Below are positions 34,586 through 36,025 of a stretch of 36,025 nucleotides of DNA, in pieces. The DNA comes from Octopus bimaculoides (Eukaryota). Position 1 is the first letter of the stretch. Each line of letters opens with the position of its first letter. Location: NCBI RefSeq assembly GCF_001194135.2, contig NC_068985.1, positions 69,265,514 to 69,301,538 of the forward strand, written 5' to 3'. The notes under the pieces were generated by a model. It was not told the DNA's origin, made no database searches, and worked only from the letters and a program-made list of their open reading frames with translations. A program made the translations under genes and the position numbers.

Positions 34586-36025
34586 AAAAGCAGAAAAACT
34601 GGAAGAATTCTGGAAACAAATATGGTCGGTGAAGCAACAACCCCAGAAAAGGACCATTAAAACAACGAACTTAGCACCTGAGCAACTCTGGACCCCAATA
34701 ACAACTGAAGAGGTCACCCAGACACTGCAAAGACTAAGCAACTGGAAGGCACCTGGGCACGACAAGATCCCCAACTTCTGGTTAAATCACCCGACAGGAA
34801 TGCATAAAAAGCTGGCAGAAAACTTTAACAACATACTAGCAGAGCCAGAGACAATGCCTGAATGGCTCACGAAAAGGAAAACCATCTGAATTCCCAAATC
34901 CACGGAAACTGAGAAACTACAAAACTANNNNNNNNNNNNNNNNNNNNNNNNNNNNNNNNNNNNNNNNNNNNNNNNNNNNNACAGCCGCAGAAAGAAGAAA
35001 GGCCTCAGTATGGCCTGGGTGGACTACCAAAAGGCTTTTGACAGTGTTCCCCACACGTGGATTCTGGAAACACTAGCCATAAACAAGGTGGCACCAATTA
35101 TTATAAAATACATCAGACACTCAAAGAACAAATGACAGACAGTGCTACAACTCCAAACGAAAGCCATCCCCATTAGAAGAGGAATATTCCAGGGAGACAC
35201 GCTCTCTCCACTCCTGTTCTGCCTGGCACTCACACCATTAACTGAATTGCTAAATAGAACTGGATGCGGTTACAAATGTCACGGGAAAACAGTAAGCCAC
35301 CTTTTGTATTTGGATGACCTAAAATTATACGCTAAAAATGACAAAGAGCTGGAAACACTACTACAGACAGTACATGGCTTTACCAAGGAAATAGATATGA
35401 AATTCGGATTAGAAAAATGTGCCAAACAACCCTAAAAAGAGGAAAATTAGTTACACGTAGCAACATCACACTAGATAAAGCCAATGAAATAAGAGAACTT
35501 GACGAAAGCCAACCATACTTTAGGAGTCAGTGAACTAGATAGGATACAACACACATAAATTAAGGAAAAAAATAAAGAAAGAGTACTATAGACGAGTTAG
35601 ATCAATACTAAAAACAGAGCTCAATGCTAAAAACAAGATAATGGGTATTAACAGTTTAGATGTCCCAGTTATAAGCTACAGCTACACTATCCTTAATTGG
35701 ACACTAAACGAACTATCTATAATAGATAGGAAACAAGAAAAATAAGGACAGGATATAGGATGCACCACCCAACATCTGACATAGAAAGGCTTTATATACA
35801 ACGCACAGAAGGTGGAAGGGGTCTTATACAACTGGAAAACTATTATAAAATAACCACCATAGGACTGCAAAAATACCTACTCCAGAAGCAAGGAAAACTA
35901 ATACATATAGCCACAAAACACGAGCAAAACAAAAAACTGTTTTCAATATTTAAGGAAGCTGACAAATACAAACAAGAAATCATACTACCTAACAGATACG
36001 AAGAAGAAGAAGAAGAAGAAGAAGA
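34586..36025 (+). mobile_element. 5'-truncated, relatively young R4/Dong-type retrotransposon inserted at an (AAT)n tract; runs off the window end
   Basis: SNWKAPGHDKIPNFWL; AWVDYQKAFDSVPHTW; RRGIFQGDTLSPLLFCLAL..HLLYLDDLKLYAKN..MKFGLEKCA; MHHPTSDIERLYIQRTEGGRGLIQL. Few disabling changes; internal (GAA)n at 35999-36025. Confidence 0.92.
34928..34980. other. Assembly gap (N) inside the retrotransposon RT
   Basis: N run. Confidence 1.

Overview
AT-rich eukaryotic DNA dominated by decayed transposable elements and microsatellites, with six N-gaps, five of them next to simple repeats. No host protein-coding gene, rRNA, intact tRNA or CRISPR array can be supported; the recognisable ORFs are transposon remnants and many others are microsatellite translations or N-gap artefacts. 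The SINE families look, from memory only, like octopus/cephalopod repeats, so the taxon is an inference. Contents: six pieces of R4/Dong-type restriction-like-endonuclease non-LTR retrotransposons; one Penelope-like element (RT + GIY-YIG) with an inverted terminal tail, a duplicated RT segment and a decayed minimal hammerhead ribozyme; a complete-length but dead Tc1 element with ~165 bp TIRs and a probable intron; two further Tc1/mariner relics; and about eight tRNA-derived SINE copies, all on the minus strand, one with its 39-nt 5' head repeated five times. I found no convincing new multi-gene system. The best leads are the hammerhead-bearing Penelope element, the SINE-head pentamer and the intron-bearing Tc1. 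Most boundaries are approximate and all alignments were done by eye.
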